From positions 992,001 through 1,056,000 of the forward strand of contig CAWCRS010000007.1 in NCBI GenBank assembly GCA_963798085.1: a DNA stretch of 64,000 bases, given 5' to 3'. The notes beneath the pieces were generated by a model that did no database searches, had not been told where the DNA came from, and worked only from the letters and a program-made list of their open reading frames with translations. The translations under genes were made by a program, and so were the position numbers. How positions within the stretch are numbered: position 1 is the first letter of the stretch; the number at the start of each line of letters is the position of its first letter. Origin of the DNA: an uncultured Gemmatimonadales bacterium (lineage in GTDB: Bacteria; Gemmatimonadota; Gemmatimonadetes; Longimicrobiales; RSA9). This document shows, in pieces, positions 37,300 to 47,333 of the stretch.

Positions 37300-39002
37300 G
37301 CATTCCGGTGCCGCCATGGGATTCGACGCGACGACGCATCGTTGCGTTCTGTGTCGTAACAGCGCTCGCACTCGCGACGCCGGTGCTCGCCCGCACGCGC
37401 GCGACGCAGCCTCTTCCCGCGGCGGCGCGCGAAGCCGGCCTGCACGCCTGGCTGAGTGCGTCACGCAACGGGCTCGAGGGTCTGACCGGCGCATTGGATG
37501 CGGAGCTGGCACGCACGGGCACGCAGGTCGTGCTGCGTCTCTACCTGGACAACTTCGAGCCGATCGAGAGCTGGTACGGCGTGGGTGCGCCGTGGGGCAG
37601 GGAACCACTCGCGAGTCTGGTGGCGGCGGGCGAGACGCGCTTCCACGAGGCGCTGACGGCGCGCGATCCGAAACAGCTGCGGACACTGCTTACCGCGCTG
37701 CGCGACGATCTCGAGCGCATTGGCCGCGCCGCTGACGATGCGGGCGTGCCGCTGACGCCACCCGCGGCCGTCCCGCCCGTAGTCACGCAGGACGTGACGA
37801 CACTGCGTGAAGCGCGCACGCCCGAGGTCGCGGCAGTGCTCGAGAAGCTGACACGCGCGCGGGCGGCTTATTCGGCCGGGCATGCAGACACGGCCCTTGC
37901 GCTGGTCGAAGATGCGTACCTGCAGGGCTTCGAGCCGCTGGAAGCGCGACTGCCGGCGGATGCGCGGCGCGACGTCGAGTCGCTGATCCACCTGCGACTG
38001 CGCCCGCTGCTCGCACGCGGCGGGAGTCAGGCGGATGTGCTGGTCGCATTCACGCAACTGCGCGCGGCTCTGCTGCTCGCCGATCAGTCGCTGGCCGGTG
38101 CACCGACCTTCTGGTTCGGCGCTGCGAACGCGTTTGTCATCATCGTGCGCGAAGGACTCGAGGCCGTCCTGCTCATTGCCGCGATCCTCGCCTACCTCGC
38201 GGGAATCGGCGCGGCGCCGCGCGAGCGTTACCGCATCTTCGCGGGCATGCTGGCCGGCGTGCTGGCCACATTCGCCACGTGGGGTTTGGCGCGTACGCTG
38301 GTGCCGGTGAGCGGCGCCGGCCGCGAAATGATGGAGGGCGTGACCGCGCTGCTGGCCGTGGCCGTGCTGCTGTATGTGTCCAACTGGCTGTTTCAGAAGA
38401 CATACATCCACGACTGGAAGAACTACCTGCGCTCACAGGTGGGCCGTGCGGTAACGACGGGGTCGGCCCTGGCCATGGCCAGCCTGGCATTCGCAGCCGT
38501 GTATCGCGAAGGCTTCGAGACCGTGCTGTTCTATCAGGCGCTGCTGTTCGATTCGAGCGCTTCCGCCGTGCTCGCCGGTTTCCTGCCCGGGCTGCTGCTC
38601 ATCGTCGGGATCGGTGCGGCCATCCTGCGCATGGGCGTGAAGCTGCCGCTGCGCAGACTGTTCGCCGTGACCAACACGATCCTCCTCTACCTCGCCTTCG
38701 TGTTCATCGGCAAGGGCATCTACAACCTCCAGGAAGCCGGCCTGTTCTCGCCGCAGCCACTGGCCTGGGTGCCGGATCATCCCGTGCTGCGCCAGCTGCT
38801 GGGCCTCTACCCGATGGCGCAGACGGTGCTCGCACAGCTCGCGTTCCTGGCTCTGCTGCTCGCCACGTACGTGTTCTACAGGCGACGCATGCGCGGTCAC
38901 GTGCACGCACCGGCAGGCCCTTCCATTGCGGCGCCGCCGACATCGACGAGCTCCGCCGCGTCGACCGTCACGAACACGGTCAGCAGTACTGTCCGCGTCT
39001 GA
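37296..39002 (+). CDS. FTR1/EfeU-family iron permease with an extended periplasmic N-terminus
   Basis: Two RExxE motifs (IVREGLEA and VYREGFET) and multiple TM helices. Confidence 0.92.
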   Translation: MSIPVPPWDSTRRRIVAFCVVTALALATPVLARTRATQPLPAAAREAGLHAWLSASRNGLEGLTGALDAELARTGTQVVLRLYLDNFEPIESWYGVGAPWGREPLASLVAAGETRFHEALTARDPKQLRTLLTALRDDLERIGRAADDAGVPLTPPAAVPPVVTQDVTTLREARTPEVAAVLEKLTRARAAYSAGHADTALALVEDAYLQGFEPLEARLPADARRDVESLIHLRLRPLLARGGSQADVLVAFTQLRAALLLADQSLAGAPTFWFGAANAFVIIVREGLEAVLLIAAILAYLAGIGAAPRERYRIFAGMLAGVLATFATWGLARTLVPVSGAGREMMEGVTALLAVAVLLYVSNWLFQKTYIHDWKNYLRSQVGRAVTTGSALAMASLAFAAVYREGFETVLFYQALLFDSSASAVLAGFLPGLLLIVGIGAAILRMGVKLPLRRLFAVTNTILLYLAFVFIGKGIYNLQEAGLFSPQPLAWVPDHPVLRQLLGLYPMAQTVLAQLAFLALLLATYVFYRRRMRGHVHAPAGPSIAAPPTSTSSAASTVTNTVSSTVRV

Positions 39003-39153
39003 GGCGCTCGCGCCGCACACACGCTTGACCCGGCCGCCCGCGCGCGGCTAAGCTGCCGCGCCGGTCGGACAACCGCGGCGAGCCTGCCATTCAGCGAAGC
39101 ACGCTCCCGCGATGCCACCCGAACAGTCGTATCTCCCCGTGCGTGGTGCAGCA

Positions 39154-40683
39154 ATGAATCTCACGTCACGACAATTCGGTTCGCGCAGGGCGAGGCGAGG
39201 CCTCCGTCGCGCACTGCTCGCCCTGCTGGTTCTGCTGGCCGCGTCGTCGATCGGGAGCGCACGCGCGGGGCGCACTGTCCTGCTGACGGCGCGGGCCGCG
39301 GCGCAGACCCCGCCTGTCGTGCAGCCCGGTGACCTGGTGCTGCGCGGCGGCTGGCTGTTCGACGCGACCGGTGATCAGGTGCGTCGCAATCGCGGCATCA
39401 TCATCCGCCGGGGCAAGCTGTTCGCGGTGGACGTCGAGGTGCCCGCAAGTGTCGCCGGCGCGACGGTGCGCCAGCTGCGCGACGACGAGTACATCCTGCC
39501 CGGCCTGTTCGACCTGCACGCGCACTACGCGGTGGACCTGTTCGGCGAAGGCCGTGTCGACGAGTACGAGGTGAATCCGGTCCTGTTCCTCGCTAACGGC
39601 GTGACATCGACGTTCCCGGCAGGGGAGGTCGATCCCGAGGGCATGCGCACGGCGAGAGAACGCATTGATGCCGGGCAGCAGATCGGTCCGCGCATTTACA
39701 ACTCGGGGCCCTATTTCGGCACCGCGCGGCCGGGCTGGAAGTCGCCGCTGATGACGCCGGACAGCATCGAGCGGGAAGTCGACTACTGGGCTGCCAGAGG
39801 CGTGCGCGCGCTCAAGGCCAAGGGCATCACACCGGCGCAGCTGGAGGCGCTCATCGATGCGGGGCACAGACATGGGCTGACGGTCACGGGTCATCTCGAC
39901 TCGGGGTTCCGCAACAGTGTGAACCCGCGCGCTGCCATCCTCATGGGCATCGACCGCATCGAGCACTTCATGGGAGGCGACGCCATTACGTCCGACAAAC
40001 CGGCGTACTCGTCGCTCGAGGTGCTGGACACGTCGCGGCCCGAAGTGCACGCCATCATCGAGCTGTACCTCCAGCATAACGTGGTGTTTGACGCCACCCT
40101 CAGCGCCTACGGCTATTTCGGCAGACGCGACCCCGCGGTGTATACGCGCTGGACCGATGAGATGGCGTTCCTGACGCCGCACGCGCGCGAGGTCGTCGAG
40201 AAGACACTGCCGCGCCGCGTGAACGAGCAGTTCGAGCGCATCTACTGGGTGAAACGCCAGGAAGTGAAGGCCTTCTACGACGCGGGCGGGGAGCGTCTCA
40301 TAACCTCGGGTACGGATCACCCGAGCTGGGGCGAGTTCTTCTCGGGTTTCGGCTCGCACCGCGAGCTGCAGTCCCTCGTGCTGTCCGGCATTCCGGCGGC
40401 CGCGGCGCTGCGCATGGGCACTATCAATGGCGCGCACGCGCTGGGTGTGAGCGATCGTCTGGGCACCATCGAGGCCGGCAAGCTGGCGGATCTCTTCGTG
40501 GAGCGTGGCAACCCGCTTTCGGACATCAGCAACACCCACAACGTGCAGCTGGTCGTGAAGGCGGGACAGCTTTACGATCCGGCCGCACTGCTCGCGTCGG
40601 TCAAGGGGAAGCTGGGCCCGCGCAGCACGGCGGATGACGATCAGTGGAAGGGCCGCGTGCGCTACGCCGACGGCCAGCACTGA
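39154..40683 (+). CDS. Secreted amidohydrolase-family protein (start may be 39112)
   Basis: ILPGLFDLHAH, GH, IEH, SGTD, GTIEAGKLADL and NPL motifs; signal peptide. Confidence 0.88.
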   Translation: MNLTSRQFGSRRARRGLRRALLALLVLLAASSIGSARAGRTVLLTARAAAQTPPVVQPGDLVLRGGWLFDATGDQVRRNRGIIIRRGKLFAVDVEVPASVAGATVRQLRDDEYILPGLFDLHAHYAVDLFGEGRVDEYEVNPVLFLANGVTSTFPAGEVDPEGMRTARERIDAGQQIGPRIYNSGPYFGTARPGWKSPLMTPDSIEREVDYWAARGVRALKAKGITPAQLEALIDAGHRHGLTVTGHLDSGFRNSVNPRAAILMGIDRIEHFMGGDAITSDKPAYSSLEVLDTSRPEVHAIIELYLQHNVVFDATLSAYGYFGRRDPAVYTRWTDEMAFLTPHAREVVEKTLPRRVNEQFERIYWVKRQEVKAFYDAGGERLITSGTDHPSWGEFFSGFGSHRELQSLVLSGIPAAAALRMGTINGAHALGVSDRLGTIEAGKLADLFVERGNPLSDISNTHNVQLVVKAGQLYDPAALLASVKGKLGPRSTADDDQWKGRVRYADGQH

Positions 40684-40711
40684 GCGAGTGCCAGTCCACC
40701 AGGAGGATCGC

Positions 40712-41881
40712 ATGGCGCTGCAGGAGCGAGTGGAAAGCAAAGGGCCCTACCGGCTGCTCGCGCTCGATGGCGGCGGCATCCGCGGCATGATCGCGCTCGA
40801 AATGCTCGTGGAAATCGAGAACATCCTGCGGCAGCGACTGCAGCGCGGGCCCGATTTCGTGCTGGCCGACTATTTTGATTACGTGGCCGGGACCAGCACG
40901 GGGGCCATCATTGCCGCGTGCGTGGCGCTGGGCATGTCGGCGGACGCCATTCTGCGCTTCTATCAGGACAACGGCGCAACCATGTTCGACAAGGCCAGCC
41001 TGCTGCAGCGCTTCCGCTACAAGTACGAAGACGACAAGCTGGCGAAGATGCTGCGTGACGTGTTCGGCACCGAGCCGGACGGCCGCGGCGGCAACCAGCC
41101 CATTACGCTGGGGAGCGCGAAGCTGCGCACGCTGCTCCTCATGGTCATGCGCAACGCCACCACGGATTCACCCTGGCCGCTCTCCAACAATCCATCAGCA
41201 AAATACAACCAGCGCAGCCGGCCCGACTGCAACCTGAACCTCCCGCTATGGCAGCTGGTGCGCGCCAGCACGGCAGCGCCCACATACTTCCCGCCCGAAG
41301 TGGTGCGCATGGGCGAGCGCGAGTTCATTTTCGTCGACGGCGGACTGACTACCTACAATAACCCGGCGTTCATCCTTTTCCTGATGTCGACACTGGCGCC
41401 CTATCAGCTGGGCTGGAGCGCGGGTGAGAAGAACATGCTGCTGGTGTCCATTGGAACCGGCACGAATCCCGGTGCCAACCTGAACCTGCAGCCCAATGAC
41501 ATGAACCTGCTGTTCAACGCGGCTTCCGTACCGTCAGCACTGATGTTCGCAGCGCTCAACGAGCAGGACACACTGTGCCGCGTGTTCGGACGCTGCCGCG
41601 CGGGACAGGAGCTGGACCGCGAGATCGGGGATCTGCTGGCCGGTGGCGGGCCGCTGGCCGCACTCGCAGCGCCGGGTGCCGCCGAGACGCGGCTGTTCAC
41701 CTACATGCGCTACAACTGCGAGCTGTCTCGAGCCGGCCTGGACGCCATCGGTCTGACGAAAGTCAACCCGGCCGACGTGCAGGCGCTCGATTCCATCAAG
41801 CACATGGATCAGCTGCGCCAGACGGGCCGCGCCGCGGCGACCACTTTCATCCACCCCGACCATTTCGACGGCTTCGTCTGA
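40712..41881 (+). CDS. Patatin-like phospholipase
   Basis: AGGAGG RBS; DGGGIRG, GTSTG (catalytic Ser), SxAAPTYF and DGG (catalytic Asp). Confidence 0.92.
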   Translation: MALQERVESKGPYRLLALDGGGIRGMIALEMLVEIENILRQRLQRGPDFVLADYFDYVAGTSTGAIIAACVALGMSADAILRFYQDNGATMFDKASLLQRFRYKYEDDKLAKMLRDVFGTEPDGRGGNQPITLGSAKLRTLLLMVMRNATTDSPWPLSNNPSAKYNQRSRPDCNLNLPLWQLVRASTAAPTYFPPEVVRMGEREFIFVDGGLTTYNNPAFILFLMSTLAPYQLGWSAGEKNMLLVSIGTGTNPGANLNLQPNDMNLLFNAASVPSALMFAALNEQDTLCRVFGRCRAGQELDREIGDLLAGGGPLAALAAPGAAETRLFTYMRYNCELSRAGLDAIGLTKVNPADVQALDSIKHMDQLRQTGRAAATTFIHPDHFDGFV

Positions 41882-41883
41882 GC

Positions 41884-42501
41884 TTGAGCAGCGAACCCTG
41901 GACGTTCTTCGGGCGCTTCCTGCGCAGCCCGCTCTCCGTGGGCGCGGTCGCACCCAGCTCGCGCTTCCTCGCCGGGAAGATGGTGGAGGCGATCACGTGG
42001 AAGCCGGACGTACGCATCGTCGAATTCGGACCCGGCACCGGGCCCTTCACACGCGAGATCCTGCGTCACCTGCCGCCCACGGGACGCTATCTCGGCATTG
42101 AGCGCGATCCCGTGTTCTGCGACATGCTGCACGCGCGCTTCCCGCGCATCGATATCGTCTGCGACTCCGTGGTGCAGCTGGATGAGCTGGCCGGCGCGCG
42201 TGCCATGCTGCCCGTCGATCACATTGTTTCAGGCCTGCCCTTCGCCAGTTTGCCGCCCGAACTGACGAAGCGCATCCTTGATGCGCTCTGCGCGGCGCTG
42301 CGACCCGGTGGAACGTTCACCACCTTTCAGTACCTCCATGCGTATCCGCTGCCGGTGGCGCGTGCATTCCGTCGCGAGATCGAGCGACGGATGGGACGGC
42401 TGAGTCACCGCGCCGTCGAGCTGCGCAATCTGCCGCCCGCGTTCGCTCTGACCTGGACGAAAGCCGCGGTGCCGGCCACTTCACACCCTCCACAGGCGTG
42501 A
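41884..42501 (+). CDS. SAM-dependent methyltransferase, phospholipid N-methyltransferase PmtA-like
   Basis: FLRSP.SVGAVAPSS, VEFGPGTG, IVSGLPF, FTTFQY and RNLPPA. Confidence 0.85.
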   Translation: MSSEPWTFFGRFLRSPLSVGAVAPSSRFLAGKMVEAITWKPDVRIVEFGPGTGPFTREILRHLPPTGRYLGIERDPVFCDMLHARFPRIDIVCDSVVQLDELAGARAMLPVDHIVSGLPFASLPPELTKRILDALCAALRPGGTFTTFQYLHAYPLPVARAFRREIERRMGRLSHRAVELRNLPPAFALTWTKAAVPATSHPPQA

Positions 42502-44285
42502 GTGCGATGACATTCTGGATGGTGCCACTGGCACTGGCGACGATGCCGCAGGTGCGGGATACCGCGTACTTCCAGCAGGGCGTCGAGTATCGTATCGAGG
42601 CACGGCTCGACGAGTCGACGAACGTCCTCAGCGGGCGCGCCCGGCTGCGCTACACGAACCACTCGCACCAGCGCATCGACACGCTCTGGTTCCACCTGCA
42701 CCTGAACGCGTTCCGCCCTAACAGCGCATGGGCAAGAAGGGATCTCGAGTTCGGCGAGCGCCGCTTCACCGATCTCGGTCCCGACGACTACGCGTACGAG
42801 CGCTGGAAGAGCGTGCAGGTGGATGGCAGGGCGGCGCCCGCGCTCTATCCGGGTGCGCCCGACTCGACCGTAGCGGCGGTGCCGCTGGCCGCACCGCTGG
42901 CGCCCGGCGCATCGCTCACCGTGCTCATCGACTGGGACGCGCGTCTCTCCACACACCCGCGGCGCCAGGGTCGACTCGGCCGGCATTACGACTTCGCGCA
43001 GTGGTATCCGAAGATCGCCGTGTTCGACCGCGGCGGCTGGGAGGTGCAGCCGCTCCTGCCGCAGGGCGAGTTCTACGGCGAGTTCGGATCCTTCGATGTC
43101 ACGCTCGACCTCGCGGCCGATCAGGTCATCGGCGCAACCGGCGTGCCCGTCGAAGGCGATCCGGGCTGGAATGCCGCACGCGCGCCCGGCAGCGCGGCGC
43201 CACTGCTGAAACGCGATGCCTACAGCGCGCGGCCCGCTGCGCCGCTGGGCCTGCTCACAGGCACGCCGCAGTCCGGACGCAAACGCGTGCGCTGGCGCGC
43301 GGAGAACGTGCACCAGTTCGCATGGACCACCGATCCGGCGTACATCCACGAAGGCGGCGCGTTCGGCAACACGGCCATACACGTGCTGTACCAGCCGGGC
43401 GACACATCCTGGGCCAGGGGCGCCGCCGTGCAGCGCACAGCCAGCGCGCTCGCCTGGCTCGACACGGTGTTCGGTCCCTACAGCTGGCCGCAGATCAGCA
43501 ACGTGCACCGCATCGAGGGCGGCGGCACGGAATTCAACATGATGGTGATGAACGGCGGCGCCAGTGAAGGCCTCATCATGCACGAGGTGGGTCACAACTA
43601 CGTGATGGGTCAGCTGGGCAACAACGAATGGAAGCAGGGCTGGCTGGATGAAGGCTTCACTTCCTTTGTAACCAACTGGTACATGGAGCGGCGAGGCGGT
43701 GATCCGCGCGCCATCTGGCGGGGCTCGCTGCGCAGCATCGACCAGCTGGACAGCGCCGGCGTCACGCAGCCCATTGCGCTGCCGTCGGCCGCGTTCCGCG
43801 ATTTCAACATGTACAACGCCATGACCTACACGAAGCCATCGCTCGTGTATCGCATGCTGCGCGACGTGATGGGTGAGGACGCGTTCCGCCAGGGTCTGCA
43901 CATCTACTATCAGAAGAACCGTCTGCGCCACGTGCGTGAGCAGGATTTCCGCGCGGCCATGGAACAGGCGTACGGCAAGGACCTCGGCTGGTTCTTCGAT
44001 GAGTGGATTCACACGACGGCAACACTCGATTATGCCGTAGGCGATGTATCCACGCGTCAGCTCGGCGGCGGCAACTGGGAAACCACCGTGCAGGTCACGC
44101 GTGCTGGCGATGCATGGATGCCCGTGAGCCTGCGCGTAGGCGATGTGACTCGCCGGCTGGAGGGCCACGACCGCTCCCAGACCGTCACCGTCACGACCAG
44201 CGCGAAACCGGAGGAGGTCGTGGTGGATCCGGATGAGATCCTGATCGACATCCGGCCGCGCAACAACAGTCGGAGCGTGAATTGA
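42498..44285 (+). CDS. M1-family zinc aminopeptidase
   Basis: AQWYPK, HEVGH...WLDEG zinc motif, YTKP and WFFDEW. Confidence 0.9.
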   Translation: MSAMTFWMVPLALATMPQVRDTAYFQQGVEYRIEARLDESTNVLSGRARLRYTNHSHQRIDTLWFHLHLNAFRPNSAWARRDLEFGERRFTDLGPDDYAYERWKSVQVDGRAAPALYPGAPDSTVAAVPLAAPLAPGASLTVLIDWDARLSTHPRRQGRLGRHYDFAQWYPKIAVFDRGGWEVQPLLPQGEFYGEFGSFDVTLDLAADQVIGATGVPVEGDPGWNAARAPGSAAPLLKRDAYSARPAAPLGLLTGTPQSGRKRVRWRAENVHQFAWTTDPAYIHEGGAFGNTAIHVLYQPGDTSWARGAAVQRTASALAWLDTVFGPYSWPQISNVHRIEGGGTEFNMMVMNGGASEGLIMHEVGHNYVMGQLGNNEWKQGWLDEGFTSFVTNWYMERRGGDPRAIWRGSLRSIDQLDSAGVTQPIALPSAAFRDFNMYNAMTYTKPSLVYRMLRDVMGEDAFRQGLHIYYQKNRLRHVREQDFRAAMEQAYGKDLGWFFDEWIHTTATLDYAVGDVSTRQLGGGNWETTVQVTRAGDAWMPVSLRVGDVTRRLEGHDRSQTVTVTTSAKPEEVVVDPDEILIDIRPRNNSRSVN

Positions 44286-45511
44286 GTACGCGTGACGCAA
44301 CCGCAGCGGACCTGGCAGCGTCGGCTGATCGTGCGGGTGGCAGCCACGCGCGCCGCGCGCTCACCTGCCAGAAGCACGAATTCTCGCTGCCGCAGGGGCT
44401 GCACTACCTGAATGGCGCGTACATGTCGCCCCTGCCTCGGCGCGTCGAGGAGGCTGGCATCACCGGCATGCGCCGCAAACGTGCGCCGCACGCCATCTCG
44501 CCACGCGATTTCTTCGACGATGCGGAGCGCGCACGCCGGCTGTTCGCACAACTGATCGGCGCCCCGGACGCGCAGCGCGTGGCGCTGATTGCGGGCGTCT
44601 CCTACGGTGTGGCGCTGGTAGCGCGCAACACGCAGTGCGCGCGGGGCCAGAACATCGTGGTGTCCGCCGAACAGTTTCCCAGCAACGTGCACGCATGGCG
44701 GCGCGTGGCCCAGCGCTCAGGCGGTGAGCTGCGCACCATCGCGCCACCCGCGGCCGAACGCCGCGCCGAGGCATGGAACGAAGCACTGCTCGCGGCGATC
44801 GATCGCGACACCGCGCTCGTCGCGCTGCCACAGGTGCACTGGACCGACGGCACGCGCTTCGACCTGGAACGCATCGGGGTGCGTGCCCGCGAGCAGGGCG
44901 CCGCGCTGGTCCTCAATGCGACGCAGTCTGCGGGCGCTTTCCCCTTCGAGCTGGAGCGCATCCAGCCTGACGCCGTGATCTGTGCAGCCTACAAATGGCT
45001 GCTCGGACCCTACGGCATTGGAGTCGCCTGGCTGGGACCACGCTACGACAACGGCGAGCCGCTCGAAGAGACCTGGATCGGCCGCGCCGGCAGCGATGAC
45101 TTCCGCGGCCTCGTGAACTACCGCGACGAATACCAGCCCGGCGCGGCGCGCTTCGATGTGGGCGAACGCAGCAACTTCACGCTCCTGCCCATGCTGGTCT
45201 CCGGCCTCGAGCTGGTGAACAGCTGGCGCCCCGAGCGCGTGCAGGACTACTGCCGGGAACTCGTGCAGCCCGTGATCGAAGAAGCGCAGTCCCTGGGCTT
45301 TGCCGTGGAAGCCGAAGGCTGGCGCGCCAGCCACATCTTCGGCCTGCGCACGCCCCCCGGTCTCGACCTCGCCGCGCTCCAGCAGCTGCTCCAGCAACGC
45401 GCCATCAGCGTCTCCCTGCGCGGCAGCGCCCTGCGGGTCTCGCCCAATGCCTACAACGACGAGGCGGACGGAGTGGCGCTGGTCGAGGCATTGCGGGAGA
45501 GCCGTGCGTAG
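44282..45511 (+). CDS. Class V PLP-dependent aminotransferase-fold enzyme
   Basis: YLNGAY.SP, FPSN, V.W..G, AAYKWLLGPYG (PLP Lys) and LRVS..YN. Confidence 0.88.
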   Translation: MSTRDATAADLAASADRAGGSHARRALTCQKHEFSLPQGLHYLNGAYMSPLPRRVEEAGITGMRRKRAPHAISPRDFFDDAERARRLFAQLIGAPDAQRVALIAGVSYGVALVARNTQCARGQNIVVSAEQFPSNVHAWRRVAQRSGGELRTIAPPAAERRAEAWNEALLAAIDRDTALVALPQVHWTDGTRFDLERIGVRAREQGAALVLNATQSAGAFPFELERIQPDAVICAAYKWLLGPYGIGVAWLGPRYDNGEPLEETWIGRAGSDDFRGLVNYRDEYQPGAARFDVGERSNFTLLPMLVSGLELVNSWRPERVQDYCRELVQPVIEEAQSLGFAVEAEGWRASHIFGLRTPPGLDLAALQQLLQQRAISVSLRGSALRVSPNAYNDEADGVALVEALRESRA

Positions 45512-45520
45512 AGACGAACT

Positions 45521-45549
45521 GCGTTACCGGGGCTGGTTGCCCGGGAACG
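45521..45549. terminator. Hairpin between convergent genes
   Basis: GCGTTACCGGGC-TGGTT-GCCCGGGAACGC (one mismatch). Confidence 0.5.
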
Positions 45550-45569
45550 CCGTTTCCGTTCAACGGAGT

Positions 45570-46433
45570 TCATTCCTTACCCCGCCGCATCGCCTGGAAC
45601 TGCCGCTTGAGTTCCTGGCGCGGTAGCCGTATCAGCTGATTGAATTCGCCACCGGATGCGAGCCAGCGGGCGCCGTCAATCGTGACGCAGTCGCCGGTGA
45701 TGTAGGACGCGGCGTCGCTTACGAGGAAGGCGGCGAGTTCCGCAAGCTCATGGGCTTTGCCGAAGCGTCCGGCGGGGACGCGCTCGAGGGCGGCACGCTC
45801 CAGTTCGGGGGTCGCCATGAGGCGTGACCAGGCGCCTTCCGTCGGGAAGGGGCCGGGTGCGATGGCATTCACGCGGATGCCGTACTGTGCCCATTCGACC
45901 GCGAGCGAGCGCGTCAGTGCGAGCACGCCCGCCTTGGCGGCGGCGGACGGCACGACGAACGCCGATCCCGTCCATGCGTAGGCGGCGACAATGTTGAGCA
46001 TGCTGCCACCGCGGCCGCTGGCGATCATGCGCCGGCCTACGGCTTCGGTCACGTGGAACGTGCCGTAGAGCACGGTCTGCACCACCGCATGGAATGCGTT
46101 GGCAGAAAGATCTTCCGTCGCCGCGAGGAAGTTGCCGGCGGCATTGTTGACGAGGATATCGACTTCGCCGAAACGCGCGGTCGCTGCCTCGACGGCGGCG
46201 CCGACGGCAACAGGATCACGCACGTCAGCCGCGAGGAAGCCGGTCTGCGCCTCGCGCGCGAGCTGTTCCGCCGCGGCCTCGAGCCGGTCCGCGCTCCGGC
46301 CCACGAGAAAGACGTTCGCGCCCAGGTCGAGGAAACGGTTCGCCATCGCCAATCCGAGGCCCGAACCGCCGCCCGTGACCAGGGCGTTGTGGCCAGAAAG
46401 TGCATCGTCGCGAAAAACGCCGTGTTGGCTCAT
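45570..46433 (-). CDS. SDR oxidoreductase, 2,4-dienoyl-CoA reductase-like
   Basis: TGGGSGLG, NNAAGNF, SAAAKAGV, EWAQYGIRVNAIAPGP and YITG...IDG. Confidence 0.9.
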   Translation of the reverse strand: MSQHGVFRDDALSGHNALVTGGGSGLGLAMANRFLDLGANVFLVGRSADRLEAAAEQLAREAQTGFLAADVRDPVAVGAAVEAATARFGEVDILVNNAAGNFLAATEDLSANAFHAVVQTVLYGTFHVTEAVGRRMIASGRGGSMLNIVAAYAWTGSAFVVPSAAAKAGVLALTRSLAVEWAQYGIRVNAIAPGPFPTEGAWSRLMATPELERAALERVPAGRFGKAHELAELAAFLVSDAASYITGDCVTIDGARWLASGGEFNQLIRLPRQELKRQFQAMRRGKE

Positions 46434-46606
46434 CGGTCTCTCGGCTCGGTGGCGTACCGGGATCGCGCGCGGGAGGGACCGCGCCGCGTGCATGATCGGC
46501 TGCCAGCGCCACGCGCGACAGGGTCGAAACCGTGGCGCGGACCGCCGCGTACGGCCTGCAGGTCAGATCGCCGGATCGTTACAGCCAAGCGCTGGAGAGC
46601 CTCAAA

Positions 46607-46936
46607 ATGGAAGCCCTGATTCCCATCACCATGTTCATGTGCATCGCAGCCGTCGCGATCCTGCGGCCCATCTCCAAACGTGTCGGTGGTCTGCTCGAGG
46701 TGATCACACGCGAGCGCAGCACCGGCCAGCACGATGAGACCGAACTCGCGCGCATCCGTGTCCTGATGGAACACGTCGTCAAGCGCATGGACCTTGTCGA
46801 GGAGCGCCTGGACTTCACCGAACGGCTCGTGGGCGGTGGACGCCGCAACTCACTCCGGGACGAATCGCTCCGCTCCGGCACTCACGGTCTCGAAGACGGA
46901 CTCCGGCTGCGTGACAGCGAGATGCTGCGTCCCTAG
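46607..46936 (+). CDS. Small membrane-anchored coiled-coil protein
   Basis: GGAGAG RBS; N-terminal TM MEALIPITMFMCIAAVAILRP followed by VEERLDFTERL. Confidence 0.7.
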   Translation: MEALIPITMFMCIAAVAILRPISKRVGGLLEVITRERSTGQHDETELARIRVLMEHVVKRMDLVEERLDFTERLVGGGRRNSLRDESLRSGTHGLEDGLRLRDSEMLRP

Positions 46937-47168
46937 AGGAAGCCCCCGCAGGAGCACAGCACACGGGCCTGCGCAAACCACGGCGTGCCAGCGCTACGAG
47001 CGCTGCAGGCCGACCGCACTTTCGTCCCGCAGCCAGGGGCTGAAAGCCCGCTGACGTCGGAACCCGCCCTGGCGGTGCGTGTACCTCGCACGCAGACACA
47101 AAACAAGCAAGGCCGAACCCCGACGCCGTCCGGCTCAAATGCAGGACTGCACAGGTCCGGCACACGGG

Positions 47169-47198
47169 TTGCCGTATGCCCGGGGCCAGTGGTACCAT
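47169..47198 (+). promoter_or_regulatory. Putative extended -10 promoter
   Basis: TTGCCG, 18 bp, TGnTACCAT, about 135 nt upstream of the TPR gene. Confidence 0.4.
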
Positions 47199-47333
47199 AG
47201 CAGGTCTGTCGCGGCGACGATCGGTGGGCTCACGCCATCAGGGGCCGCTCACTACCAATGGACCGGATTGGCGCGACGTGCGTCCCTGCCGCACGACGCT
47301 TGGCTTTCCCTTCGGGAAGTGGAGACCCAGGAC

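Noticed and set aside
40712..41881. CBASS CapV-like anti-phage effector
   Set aside because: The patatin motifs are generic and no CD-NTase, Cap2 or Cap3 gene is adjacent
44282..45511. Cysteine desulfurase (SufS/IscS)
   Set aside because: Lacks the catalytic Cys loop (RxGxHCA or SSGSAC)
36389..47000. Genomic island or prophage integrated at tRNA-Val
   Set aside because: No integrase or phage gene, no duplicated tRNA 3' end found by eye, and codon style resembles the flanks
46937..47330. Riboswitch or ncRNA upstream of the TPR gene
   Set aside because: Only short hairpins (GGGCT-GAA-AGCCC, TTCCC-TTCG-GGAA) and no family consensus I can recognise
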